From Patescibacteria group bacterium (GTDB lineage: Bacteria > Patescibacteriota > Patescibacteriia > XYB2-FULL-38-15), in assembly GCA_041653675.1 (NCBI GenBank), contig JBAZEY010000005.1, positions 10,164 through 74,163 of the forward strand: a stretch of DNA of 64,000 nt. Direction: 5' to 3'. The translations under genes were made by a program, and so were the position numbers. Position 1 is the first letter of the stretch, and every line of letters begins with the position of its first letter. The notes beneath the pieces were generated by a model that did no database searches, had not been told where the DNA came from, and saw nothing but the letters and a program-made list of their open reading frames with translations. Shown one piece after another: positions 30,985-39,005 of the stretch.

Positions 30985-32016
30985 TTATTTCAAAAAAATT
31001 TCCGAACTAAGCTGCAGTTTCGCATCAAAATTAACCTCCACCACGTTCCCCTCGGTATCAACGCTTGCCGAGGCAGACATAATAGAAACTTTAGAAACTC
31101 GGTCGTCGGCCCGGAAGGAAACGATCTGTCTTGCCATTGCTCTATAACTTTTCGCCACGCCCGACAGAACAACCTGTCCATCGCTTCCTCCAATTAAATT
31201 AACAAAATAAACATCTGCCACGGTATTTTTTTCCAAAAAGGAGAAAAAGTTTGTCCAATAAATATGGCTTCCTAAAAGTTTATCCGCTGTTTTTAATTTT
31301 TTTTGAAAAAATTGCGCCTGATCTTTTTCCAGGGCTAGTTCCCTATTTTTTTTATCCATCACTTCCAAATCTGCTTCAACTTTTTGTAAAACTAACTCTG
31401 TTTTATTTTCATACCATTTCAATGCCAAATATGCTCCCACTCCGATAAATGCCAAAATAACTGCCACGACGACAAGGAGAATTATCTGCCTTGATTTTCC
31501 CCTTTTTTCTTTTACGGCTACTTCCTCCACTGGAATTAAAGTAATATCAGTTTTTTTATCAGTGGAAATTTTTTCCCCGGACGGCTTTGATAAATTTGTC
31601 TTTGGGGCGGAGTTTTGCGGCCGCTTCATTTCAATTTTCTGCGGCGGTCTTTGTTCTATAATTGGTCTTGGTGGAGGCAAAATTGGTTTTAGCGGGAGCG
31701 GCGGAGAAAACCGAGTTGGCGGAGGGGGAGAAACCGGAGCAGCTTTTGGAACCTCTTTTTGCATCTTAAAAACAGAAAGGTCTGATTCTTCAGCCTGACC
31801 TGTTTGTTTTGGCGGAGGAGAAATTGGCTTTAGTGTTTGTTTTGAACTAAAAAATTTCCCCATGAAAGTTGATTTTTGGGGCTTCTCCTCCGTTTCGGGA
31901 ACGAATAATTTTACTTCTGGCCGCTCTTCCTTTTTTCTTTTTTCTTCCGGCCTCTGAAGTTCTAGAGGCAGCAACTCAATATCATCGTTCCCGTTGTTTT
32001 TGTTGCCGTTTGGCAT
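30985..32016 (-). CDS. PilN-like protein with Pro-rich N-terminal extension
   Basis: ITLIP motif before TM, coiled coil, H.YW, LSG.A. Confidence 0.72.
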   Translation of the reverse strand: MPNGNKNNGNDDIELLPLELQRPEEKRKKEERPEVKLFVPETEEKPQKSTFMGKFFSSKQTLKPISPPPKQTGQAEESDLSVFKMQKEVPKAAPVSPPPPTRFSPPLPLKPILPPPRPIIEQRPPQKIEMKRPQNSAPKTNLSKPSGEKISTDKKTDITLIPVEEVAVKEKRGKSRQIILLVVVAVILAFIGVGAYLALKWYENKTELVLQKVEADLEVMDKKNRELALEKDQAQFFQKKLKTADKLLGSHIYWTNFFSFLEKNTVADVYFVNLIGGSDGQVVLSGVAKSYRAMARQIVSFRADDRVSKVSIMSASASVDTEGNVVEVNFDAKLQLSSEIFLK

Positions 32017-32068
32017 AACTTCAAAAATACCAGCGCAAAAACTAAGTATTTAATTTTTTATCTTTAAT

Positions 32069-33121
32069 TTATTCTAATTCACGCATTGCGAGTCCTATCG
32101 CCACGGAAAATTTTGGTCCGACTTGGTCTAAAATGGGACGTAATTCTTCGGGATAAATTATTCTCGCCCAAGGATTTCCAGCATAAACTCTCATACTAAG
32201 CGCGCCCGAAAGATATTCAACAAAATTCGGAAGAAGCGCTCCCCCGCCGGTCAAAATAACTTTTTCAATTTTTTTGCCCGACCCACCCTCTTGATTTTGA
32301 TAAATATTCGCGCAATATTTAATTTCATTCAAAAGCATCGAGAGTGCTCTTTCTACGATTTTAGAAACCCCTCCGCCCGCGCCCGGCGACATTCCAGCGT
32401 CGTATTTCATCTGCTCAGCCTGATTAAAATCAATTCCAAGGCTCGCGGCAATTTCTTTAGTAATATTTATTCCACCGACATTTAAAGAACGATTTAAAAA
32501 TGGAACTCCATTTTCAATAATAGAAATCGCAGTGCTCGCCGCGCCCATATCCACTACAATTACCGTAGATTTATCAACGCCCACCAGCGCGCGGACCAAA
32601 GCAAAAGTTTCCGTTTCCAAACTCACAAGATTCAACCCGGCGCCTTTAAAAATATCCAAATATTTTTTGACCAAATTTTTAGCCGCCGCAGTAAGAAGAA
32701 CTCTTGTCGTTTTTTGTGGCACAGCGGGCGTTACGGCGCCGACTGCAGCTTCGGCAGTCAAAACCTTCCAGTCTAAAATCATCTCTTCTAAGGGCAAAGG
32801 GATAATTTTTTTCGCCTCCCACCGCACTGCTTCAGCTAAATCTTTTCCCGGCGCGGATGGAATGTTTATTACTGAACTAAAAACCGACGCGGAAGGCAAT
32901 GCCGCTACTGCTTGTTTTGAAACCGTTCTCGCCTTAGCACAAATTTTTTTAATCAAATCAATTGACCGTTCCGGGGTTTCCGTAAATTCTTTCTCTGGAT
33001 AACCAACACTTTGTTCCGTGTAACCGTAAGTCAAAAGCCTCGCCCTCCCGGCTTCTTCTTTTAATTCTACAATTTTGATGCTCGTCGCGCCCAAATCAAC
33101 GCCCAAAAAACTTTTGGTCAT
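32069..33121 (-). CDS. pilM: Type IV pilus assembly protein PilM
   Basis: LGVDLG..SIKIVEL, VDMGA, LTGGGA, AIGLAMR. Confidence 0.92.
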   Translation of the reverse strand: MTKSFLGVDLGATSIKIVELKEEAGRARLLTYGYTEQSVGYPEKEFTETPERSIDLIKKICAKARTVSKQAVAALPSASVFSSVINIPSAPGKDLAEAVRWEAKKIIPLPLEEMILDWKVLTAEAAVGAVTPAVPQKTTRVLLTAAAKNLVKKYLDIFKGAGLNLVSLETETFALVRALVGVDKSTVIVVDMGAASTAISIIENGVPFLNRSLNVGGINITKEIAASLGIDFNQAEQMKYDAGMSPGAGGGVSKIVERALSMLLNEIKYCANIYQNQEGGSGKKIEKVILTGGGALLPNFVEYLSGALSMRVYAGNPWARIIYPEELRPILDQVGPKFSVAIGLAMRELE

Positions 33122-33184
33122 ATTTTAACAATTAACTCTTAACAATTATTTTATTATAGCACAAAAATAAACCCATAACCAATT

Positions 33185-34765
33185 CTACGGCGCCGCCTCC
33201 CGCCAAATAGGCAAAGCACTCATTAAATCAGCCATTCCTGGCGGCGTATTGGCAATTACTCGGCCGTCATAAATAACTTGTTCTGAACCTCGTTCCGCTG
33301 ACTGCCAAAGCCTTTCAAATCTAAACATTTTAGTCAGCATCAGCCCACGCACCGTAAGAGGTTCATCTGTCCGGCGGTTATTGGTTGTTCCAGTACTAAT
33401 TTCTTGCTCCGCGTAAAATGCTCCCACCATCTTTTTAACCGCGGGATTTACTATAATTTTCCCCTTTGTGCCGGAACCATCATCAACTACAAGCCATCCG
33501 ACCGAAGCTAAATTTTTTAAATTGGAAACCGCACCGACTTGATAGGAAAGATCGCCCGTGATAGTTAAATTTCCCTTAACAACAATTAAACCCGAACCGT
33601 CCTGCCTTCCTGAACCATTACTAAAAGTTTTGGCGCCAACTGTTAAATCGCCATTTTTATAATAAACCTTTCCGGCGAGTAAATTCGGGATGTCTGCTTC
33701 ATTATTAATATTTTGCACGGTTCCATATTTTCCAGCTAAAATTCCCGCCAAATCAATTTTCCCGAAAACATTTGTGTAGAGATTCCCCGTCTTGGGAAAA
33801 TTAAAATTTTCAAAAGGAGTTCTGACGCATCCTTCGCCGCTTCTGAAATTAGTAATCGCGCCAGTAGATAAAATACAATAAGTCGCGTTATATTTTCCAA
33901 TCAATTCCACAAAAGCGCTTGGCGATTCAACTGAAAGTTTGCCATAAATTTCTCCGTATTTTGTTTCAAGCCAAGGTGAGGCTAAACCAAGCCCGCCCGG
34001 CGTAGGAGAAAAATTAATCCATCCGGCTCCGACAGCCGGATCATTATTTCCATTCCACGCCCAACCAACAATTCTCCCATTTTGCCGATCAACCGAAACG
34101 CCGTATTTATCGCAAAAAGTACAAGAGTTACAGGTGTCTTCCGATGCCCCGCGCACGCAGTCAAAACACATGTCACAAATATTTCCGATTCCTGTTTCTG
34201 ACGGATCGGGAAATTTATCAGTAAAACAAATATTACATTGATAATCAATAACTGGCGGATCTCCAGGAATTTCCACGTCTTGGCAATCAGTGCAAGCCCG
34301 ATATGGACCGCCCGGCATTCCGGCATCCGGCCCACGGAGTTTTAACCATCCCTCATCGCCCAACGCTAAAACTTTTGCCCAACCCGTAATTCTGCCGCGC
34401 ACTTTATCATAAATCGCGCGCGCCACGTCTCCGCCCGGCGCGAGTTCTCCGTCGGGATTTCCAAAACGCACCCAACCAATATTTTCTGACCAAAGATAAC
34501 CATCAACTGTTCCGTCATCTTCCACATTCATGCCATAATCAATTCTCCCGGCATCAGGACATAATCCTAAATTAGAACAATTCGCCGAAAACCAACCAAA
34601 ATTATCCGACGACCACGCCCAACCAGCTACGTTGTCTTCCTCCCCGGCTTGAGCTTCCTTGTTTTTTTCTTTTACTAACAAAAAAGCACTGATTAAAAAA
34701 AGAAAAACAAAAATCAGCGCCAATTTAAAAATTTTGCTGCCAAGGATTTTTCTTGCCTTTTCCAT
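33185..34765 (-). CDS. Membrane-anchored surface protein with GWAW repeats and a Cys-rich insert
   Basis: N-terminal TM; GWAWS..FGW, GYLWSENIGW, GWAWN...GW; several CxxC. Confidence 0.75.
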   Translation of the reverse strand: MEKARKILGSKIFKLALIFVFLFLISAFLLVKEKNKEAQAGEEDNVAGWAWSSDNFGWFSANCSNLGLCPDAGRIDYGMNVEDDGTVDGYLWSENIGWVRFGNPDGELAPGGDVARAIYDKVRGRITGWAKVLALGDEGWLKLRGPDAGMPGGPYRACTDCQDVEIPGDPPVIDYQCNICFTDKFPDPSETGIGNICDMCFDCVRGASEDTCNSCTFCDKYGVSVDRQNGRIVGWAWNGNNDPAVGAGWINFSPTPGGLGLASPWLETKYGEIYGKLSVESPSAFVELIGKYNATYCILSTGAITNFRSGEGCVRTPFENFNFPKTGNLYTNVFGKIDLAGILAGKYGTVQNINNEADIPNLLAGKVYYKNGDLTVGAKTFSNGSGRQDGSGLIVVKGNLTITGDLSYQVGAVSNLKNLASVGWLVVDDGSGTKGKIIVNPAVKKMVGAFYAEQEISTGTTNNRRTDEPLTVRGLMLTKMFRFERLWQSAERGSEQVIYDGRVIANTPPGMADLMSALPIWREAAP

Positions 34766-34885
34766 GCTTTAATTATAGCACAAAATTACCGATCCGTATG
34801 CTGACCTGCCACGTACGAATTAAAGATTTTTGATGTTTTCAATGACAATTAATTTTACCTCCGTTGCTCCGCCGGAAACATTAAT

Positions 34886-35302
34886 TTATTTAAACTTCGT
34901 ACTGTGGTCAATCGCCTCATTAACCAATTTATCCGCTTCTTTATTTTTTTCCCGCGGCACATGAGTAAAAGTCGCTTTTTTAAAACCCATGCTCAAATTC
35001 CAAACCTGAACAAAAAGCGCCGCTAAATCTTTATCCTTAACTTTATATTCGCGATTTATTTGTTTCACAACCAGCTCGCTATCCAGAAAAAAATTTAATT
35101 CCTCTGCGCCAATTTTTTTTACCTCTTCAAGCGCCAAAATCACGGCTTTGTACTCTGCTTGATTATTTGTCGCCTCGCCAATATATTTTTTGTGCTGCCC
35201 AACCAACTCGTTGCCATTCCAAATCACAACGCCAATTCCCGCCGGTCCGGGATTTCCCCGCGCCCCACCATCGGTAAAAATTTGAAGTTTGTTATAAATC
35301 AT
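34886..35302 (-). CDS. rnhA: Ribonuclease HI
   Basis: FTDGGARGNPG, TNNQAEY, DSELVV, HVPRE.N.EAD; start MIYNK at 35302. Confidence 0.92.
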   Translation of the reverse strand: MIYNKLQIFTDGGARGNPGPAGIGVVIWNGNELVGQHKKYIGEATNNQAEYKAVILALEEVKKIGAEELNFFLDSELVVKQINREYKVKDKDLAALFVQVWNLSMGFKKATFTHVPREKNKEADKLVNEAIDHSTKFK

Positions 35303-35316
35303 AATGTTAAATAAAA

Positions 35317-35472
35317 TTAACGCCCGGACCAAGGAAAGGGGTCGGGAAAACGCAGTTTTCCCGTAGCGGAAATATTAAAACCGAGGGGTTTTAAAGAGGC
35401 GTGAAGCGCCGATGGTCTGGGATTTCCCCGCGCCCCACCATCGGTAAAAATTTGAAGTTTTTGATATGCCAT
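35317..35472 (-). pseudogene. Interrupted 5' duplicate of rnhA (51-codon ORF)
   Basis: MAYQKLQIFTDGGARGNP then repeat-derived residues; 35414-35460 matches 35244-35290 at 46/47. Confidence 0.85.
35333..35414 (+). repeat. Three-hairpin REP/MITE-like element, copy 2
   Basis: Matches the reverse complement of 3512-3594; compensatory change in the third hairpin. Confidence 0.9.
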
Positions 35473-35473
35473 A

Positions 35474-37198
35474 TTATTCACTCATTTTTAAATCAATAAT
35501 TTTCATCTGCAACTCCCTATTTCCATTCCACTCATTGACATCTACTTCAAAAACTACGTCAACTTTATCTCCCACTTTTAATTTCTGGCACCACTCACCA
35601 AAACAAAAACCGATAAATTTTTTCCGAACACCATTCCCCTGACTTAAACTTATTCTTAAATGATTTCCGTTTGTGCCCACACTCTCAAAACTTTCCACCG
35701 CAAAACCTCTCCCCAAATACTTTGGCCGCTCATTTGCCCTACCAAACGGAGCGAATTTTTCTAAAAGTTCAAACAACTCCCAATTTATTTTTTCCAAACG
35801 CACTTCTGCGTCAATATTCAACGTCCGTACAAGTTCCATGCCGGCTAATTTTTTTTCCGCGATTTTTTTTAATATTTTTTCAAATTTTTTTAAATCTTTT
35901 TTATTCTTTAAAGTAAACCCGCAGGCTCCGGCGTGTCCGCCATAATGGGATAAAAGTTCTCTTGTCTCGTGGAGGCTTTCGGTAATATCAAATTCAGGAA
36001 TACTTCTGCCTGAACCCATAATATCTTCTTCCCTTTCGGTCATGATAAAAGTCGGCCGCCAAAAATTTTCGGCAATTTTCCCAGCAACTAAACCCACAAT
36101 CCCGACTGGCCATCCTTCTCCCTTGGCAAATAAAATTTTCTGTTCACCAATGTCTTCTCCAATTTGCGCCTTTGCCTCGGCCATAACCCGCTCGCTCAAA
36201 CTCTGCCGTCCTTCATTAGTCTTATTTAGAGAACTAACCAATTCATCAACTTCATTTGCGTCATCCGTTTTTAAAAGTTCGTAAGCTTGATTCGCGTGGT
36301 CAATTCTGCCAGCGGCATTCAGGCGCGGCCCGATTTGAAAAGCTACATTCTTTGCGTCAAGATCTTTATTTTTATTTAATCCCAAGGACTCAATTAACTT
36401 TTTTAAACCAATCCGTTGTGTTTTATTCAAAACTAAAAGACCGTATTTTACCAAAGTGCGATTCTCTCCCAAAAGCGGCATAATATCAGTAATCGTTGCG
36501 ATTGCTACTAAATCCAACAGCCATTTTTCAAATCCTTCGGGATCAATTTTAAAATCCAAAGTTTTAAATTTGGGGCTTCGAAGAATTGCTTGCACCAATT
36601 TAAAAGCCACTCCCGCCCCAGCTAATTCGCGAAATGGGTATTTTTCGCGAGCAAGATGCGGATCAATAATCGCGAAAGCAGCTTCTGGTAAATTTGGCGG
36701 CTCGGCGTGATGGTCGGTAATAATCACATCCATACCAAGTTCCGTGGCTCTTTTTATTTCCAGCCGGTTACTAATTCCGCAGTCCGTTGTGATTATTAAA
36801 TTTACTCCATTTTTCCCAAGTTCTTCCACGGTTTGCATATTAAGTCCATAACCTTCAAGCTCGCGATGAGGCAAATAAACCTGGGCGTCAGCACCCATTG
36901 CCGAAAGAGTAGCTACCATAACCAACGCCGAACAAACTCCATCGGCGTCGTAATCACCATGAACTGTAATTTTTTCCTTTTTCTCTATGGCTAGAAAAAC
37001 CCGATCCACTGCTTTTTCCATATCTAAAAATAAAAACGGATCGTGAATATCCTGGCTATAATCGGGATATAAAAATTCATCAATCTTTTCCTGAGTCTTA
37101 ACACCCCGGTTAGCAAGCAATTGCAAAATTACCGGATCAATCTCCGGAAATTTATTTTTAAATTCTTCGCTGATTGTTTCGGCTACCCGCCACTTCAT
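35474..37198 (-). CDS. recJ: ssDNA exonuclease RecJ
   Basis: GDYDADG, TDCGI, TDHH, GPRLNAAGR, GSGRS, GGH. Confidence 0.96.
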   Translation of the reverse strand: MKWRVAETISEEFKNKFPEIDPVILQLLANRGVKTQEKIDEFLYPDYSQDIHDPFLFLDMEKAVDRVFLAIEKKEKITVHGDYDADGVCSALVMVATLSAMGADAQVYLPHRELEGYGLNMQTVEELGKNGVNLIITTDCGISNRLEIKRATELGMDVIITDHHAEPPNLPEAAFAIIDPHLAREKYPFRELAGAGVAFKLVQAILRSPKFKTLDFKIDPEGFEKWLLDLVAIATITDIMPLLGENRTLVKYGLLVLNKTQRIGLKKLIESLGLNKNKDLDAKNVAFQIGPRLNAAGRIDHANQAYELLKTDDANEVDELVSSLNKTNEGRQSLSERVMAEAKAQIGEDIGEQKILFAKGEGWPVGIVGLVAGKIAENFWRPTFIMTEREEDIMGSGRSIPEFDITESLHETRELLSHYGGHAGACGFTLKNKKDLKKFEKILKKIAEKKLAGMELVRTLNIDAEVRLEKINWELFELLEKFAPFGRANERPKYLGRGFAVESFESVGTNGNHLRISLSQGNGVRKKFIGFCFGEWCQKLKVGDKVDVVFEVDVNEWNGNRELQMKIIDLKMSE

Positions 37199-37213
37199 AA
37201 AAATATTATTCTA

Positions 37214-37309
37214 CTAAAACATTGGCGCTACCGTCCAAATAACCATGGATAAAACAATCATGGCGCTTAAAATTATCCAAACGATTTTTAATAAATTTCT
37301 TTTTTTCAT
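37214..37309 (-). CDS. 31-aa single-pass membrane peptide
   Basis: MKKRNLLKIVWIILSAMIVLSMVIWTVAPMF*; downstream of TGTGTTATAAT at 37348-37338. Confidence 0.65.
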   Translation of the reverse strand: MKKRNLLKIVWIILSAMIVLSMVIWTVAPMF

Positions 37310-37359
37310 AAATAAATTAAAAAATAAATATTGGACTATTATAACACATCTTTTAAAAC

Positions 37360-37560
37360 AAAAACACCGCCAGAAGGCGGAGTTCTTGTGTGGGATTTAA
37401 AGATAGTCAAAAATGACTAAAATTTTGTTTTTGTTATTAATCCCTTTTCTCTAAACCATTTCGCTGATTTAGAGGAAAGGGACTTGGAGCAAGATCCTGT
37501 CACGCCTCGATTTCTCGATTTGTGAACAGTGTCTGCATTGCACAGACTACTTGCTCCAAG
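37360..37560 (-). ncRNA. Structured 3' trailer and terminator of cassette E
   Basis: 11-bp stem 37483-93/37550-60 closing a junction; long hairpin 37441-37482; CCGCC/GGCGG terminator. Confidence 0.5.
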
Positions 37561-37589
37561 AAAATGTTGGAAGGAACGAACTGGCAGAA

Positions 37590-38516
37590 CTAGCGCTTCT
37601 TGCCGCCGCCGTTCGAGCCCTTCTGGCCGCCCTTGTGGCGCTTGCCGGCACCGAAGCGCGTGTTGCCCACGGCCAGGGCGAGTTTCCGGCGACGGTCCCA
37701 ACGCCGCGCTTCCCGCTCGGCGCGGCTGAGCTGCGGCTTCACCTCGGTCGCGACCGCCGGCTTCTTCGGCTCGGGCTGCTTCGGGGGCGAAACGACCTGG
37801 TCCGCGTCCTTCTTGTTCCGCCGCTCGATCTCCATCTGGGCGCCGCGGTAGTCGAAGAGTTGGATGCTCCTCAACGCCCCGGCCTTGATCAGGACGGCGT
37901 ACTGCTCGCGACAGATCCCGGCGACCGCGCGCTTGCCGTCCTTGTCCTTCACGATCGCGTAGCGCGTTACGAACTCGTCGTCGCGGTGGAGTAGGCAGTT
38001 CGGCACGCCGCAAACCACCCTACCCTTCTCGTCCCGGAGCGCCTGGAGCGGCTCGGCCGTGCCGACCACGACCGCCTTCCAGTAGTCCACGGCGGCGGCC
38101 TCGGCGCGGATCGCGGCGTTCCTCACGCCGACGATCCCGTAGAGCGCCCCGATCTTCATCAGGTGGCGGCGCTCTTCGGGCGACATCCGCCCCTCGGCGC
38201 AGGGGTTGCAGATCGGCTCGAAGCCCCAGAGCTTCAGACCGTCCCGCTCGATCTGGACGAGGAGAGCGAGCTTGATCTTGCCGACGGAGTTCCCGTCGGC
38301 GTGCCCGCACTTCGAGCAGACCCGCTTCGGCTTCGGCGCTTCGGTCACGACGATCGGGTCGTCGACCGGCTTCTCCGGCTCGACCGCGACCGGCTCCGCC
38401 ACCTCCGTCGTCATGGACGGCATGGCGGCGAGGACCATCTCTTCGTACTCTTCATCGGTCAGGTTCCCGAGGCCCGCCGACACCGGCACCACGATTCCCA
38501 TCGTCGTCTCCGCCAT
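37590..38516 (-). CDS. GC-rich hypothetical protein with Cys clusters and a basic Gly-rich tail (cassette E)
   Basis: AAGGAG 7 nt before ATG 38516; CSKC, CNPC, CGVPNC; strong GC3 bias. Confidence 0.72.
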   Translation of the reverse strand: MAETTMGIVVPVSAGLGNLTDEEYEEMVLAAMPSMTTEVAEPVAVEPEKPVDDPIVVTEAPKPKRVCSKCGHADGNSVGKIKLALLVQIERDGLKLWGFEPICNPCAEGRMSPEERRHLMKIGALYGIVGVRNAAIRAEAAAVDYWKAVVVGTAEPLQALRDEKGRVVCGVPNCLLHRDDEFVTRYAIVKDKDGKRAVAGICREQYAVLIKAGALRSIQLFDYRGAQMEIERRNKKDADQVVSPPKQPEPKKPAVATEVKPQLSRAEREARRWDRRRKLALAVGNTRFGAGKRHKGGQKGSNGGGKKR

Positions 38517-38551
38517 GTTCATTCTCCTTATTCTCTTGGCAGTTACGAAAA

Positions 38552-38785
38552 ATCAGACCGGAAACCGATCTGACCTTGGCTTCCCGAAACTGTCGGGATG
38601 TGCCAGAGGAATTTGGAGGCGAGTTGGCCTGTTCTGATAGCACAGAACTGGCCGGTGGCATTTTGGTCAATTTACTTTTAGTAATCCAAGGCGGACAACC
38701 GAAAGTTAATTGAACCTCATGCCGGATCCCGCGGTCACCAATTAATGGTCCGCGAAGATTTTCCTCCTCCAAGTTTCTCTGGCAC
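38552..38785 (-). ncRNA. Candidate multibranched structured leader RNA
   Basis: 20-bp closing stem 38600-19/38766-85 enclosing nested hairpins, plus two further hairpins. Confidence 0.55.
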
Positions 38786-38853
38786 TATTTTGTAAGGAAC
38801 TAGCACGACAAGCACTTTTTTTAATCTTTAAGCCTATTTCAGCTTAACAAATA

Positions 38854-38882
38854 AGTATAACATATATTCCGTATTTTGTCAA
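38854..38882 (-). promoter_or_regulatory. sigma70 promoter of cassette E
   Basis: TTGACA-17-TATACT with TG extension. Confidence 0.75.
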
Positions 38883-38957
38883 GGGGTTTTGACACTATTT
38901 CTTAAATAATTCAATATTTTGCTTTATTTTAGCCAAAATAAATTGTCATAAATAAAC

Positions 38958-38985
38958 AAAAAATCACCACTTTAAGGTGATTTTT
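38958..38985. terminator. Terminator after lepA
   Basis: AAAAATCACC-N7-GGTGATTTTT. Confidence 0.6.
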
Positions 38986-39005
38986 CCTGTTTATCTATTT
39001 ATTCT

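Noticed and set aside
35244-35460. DGR template/variable repeat pair
   Set aside because: One mismatch only, located at a gene start, and no reverse transcriptase in the window.
37417-38772. Many long overlapping ORFs here and at 1984-2477, 10869-11755 and 45883-46925
   Set aside because: Stop-poor shadow frames of GC-rich DNA; one frame per island has the SD and GC3 bias.
38600-38785. Retron msr-msd or RNase P RNA
   Set aside because: No RT gene and no long msd hairpin; GAGGAAAATC differs from the P4 consensus GAGGAAAGTCC and the 3' P4 partner is absent.
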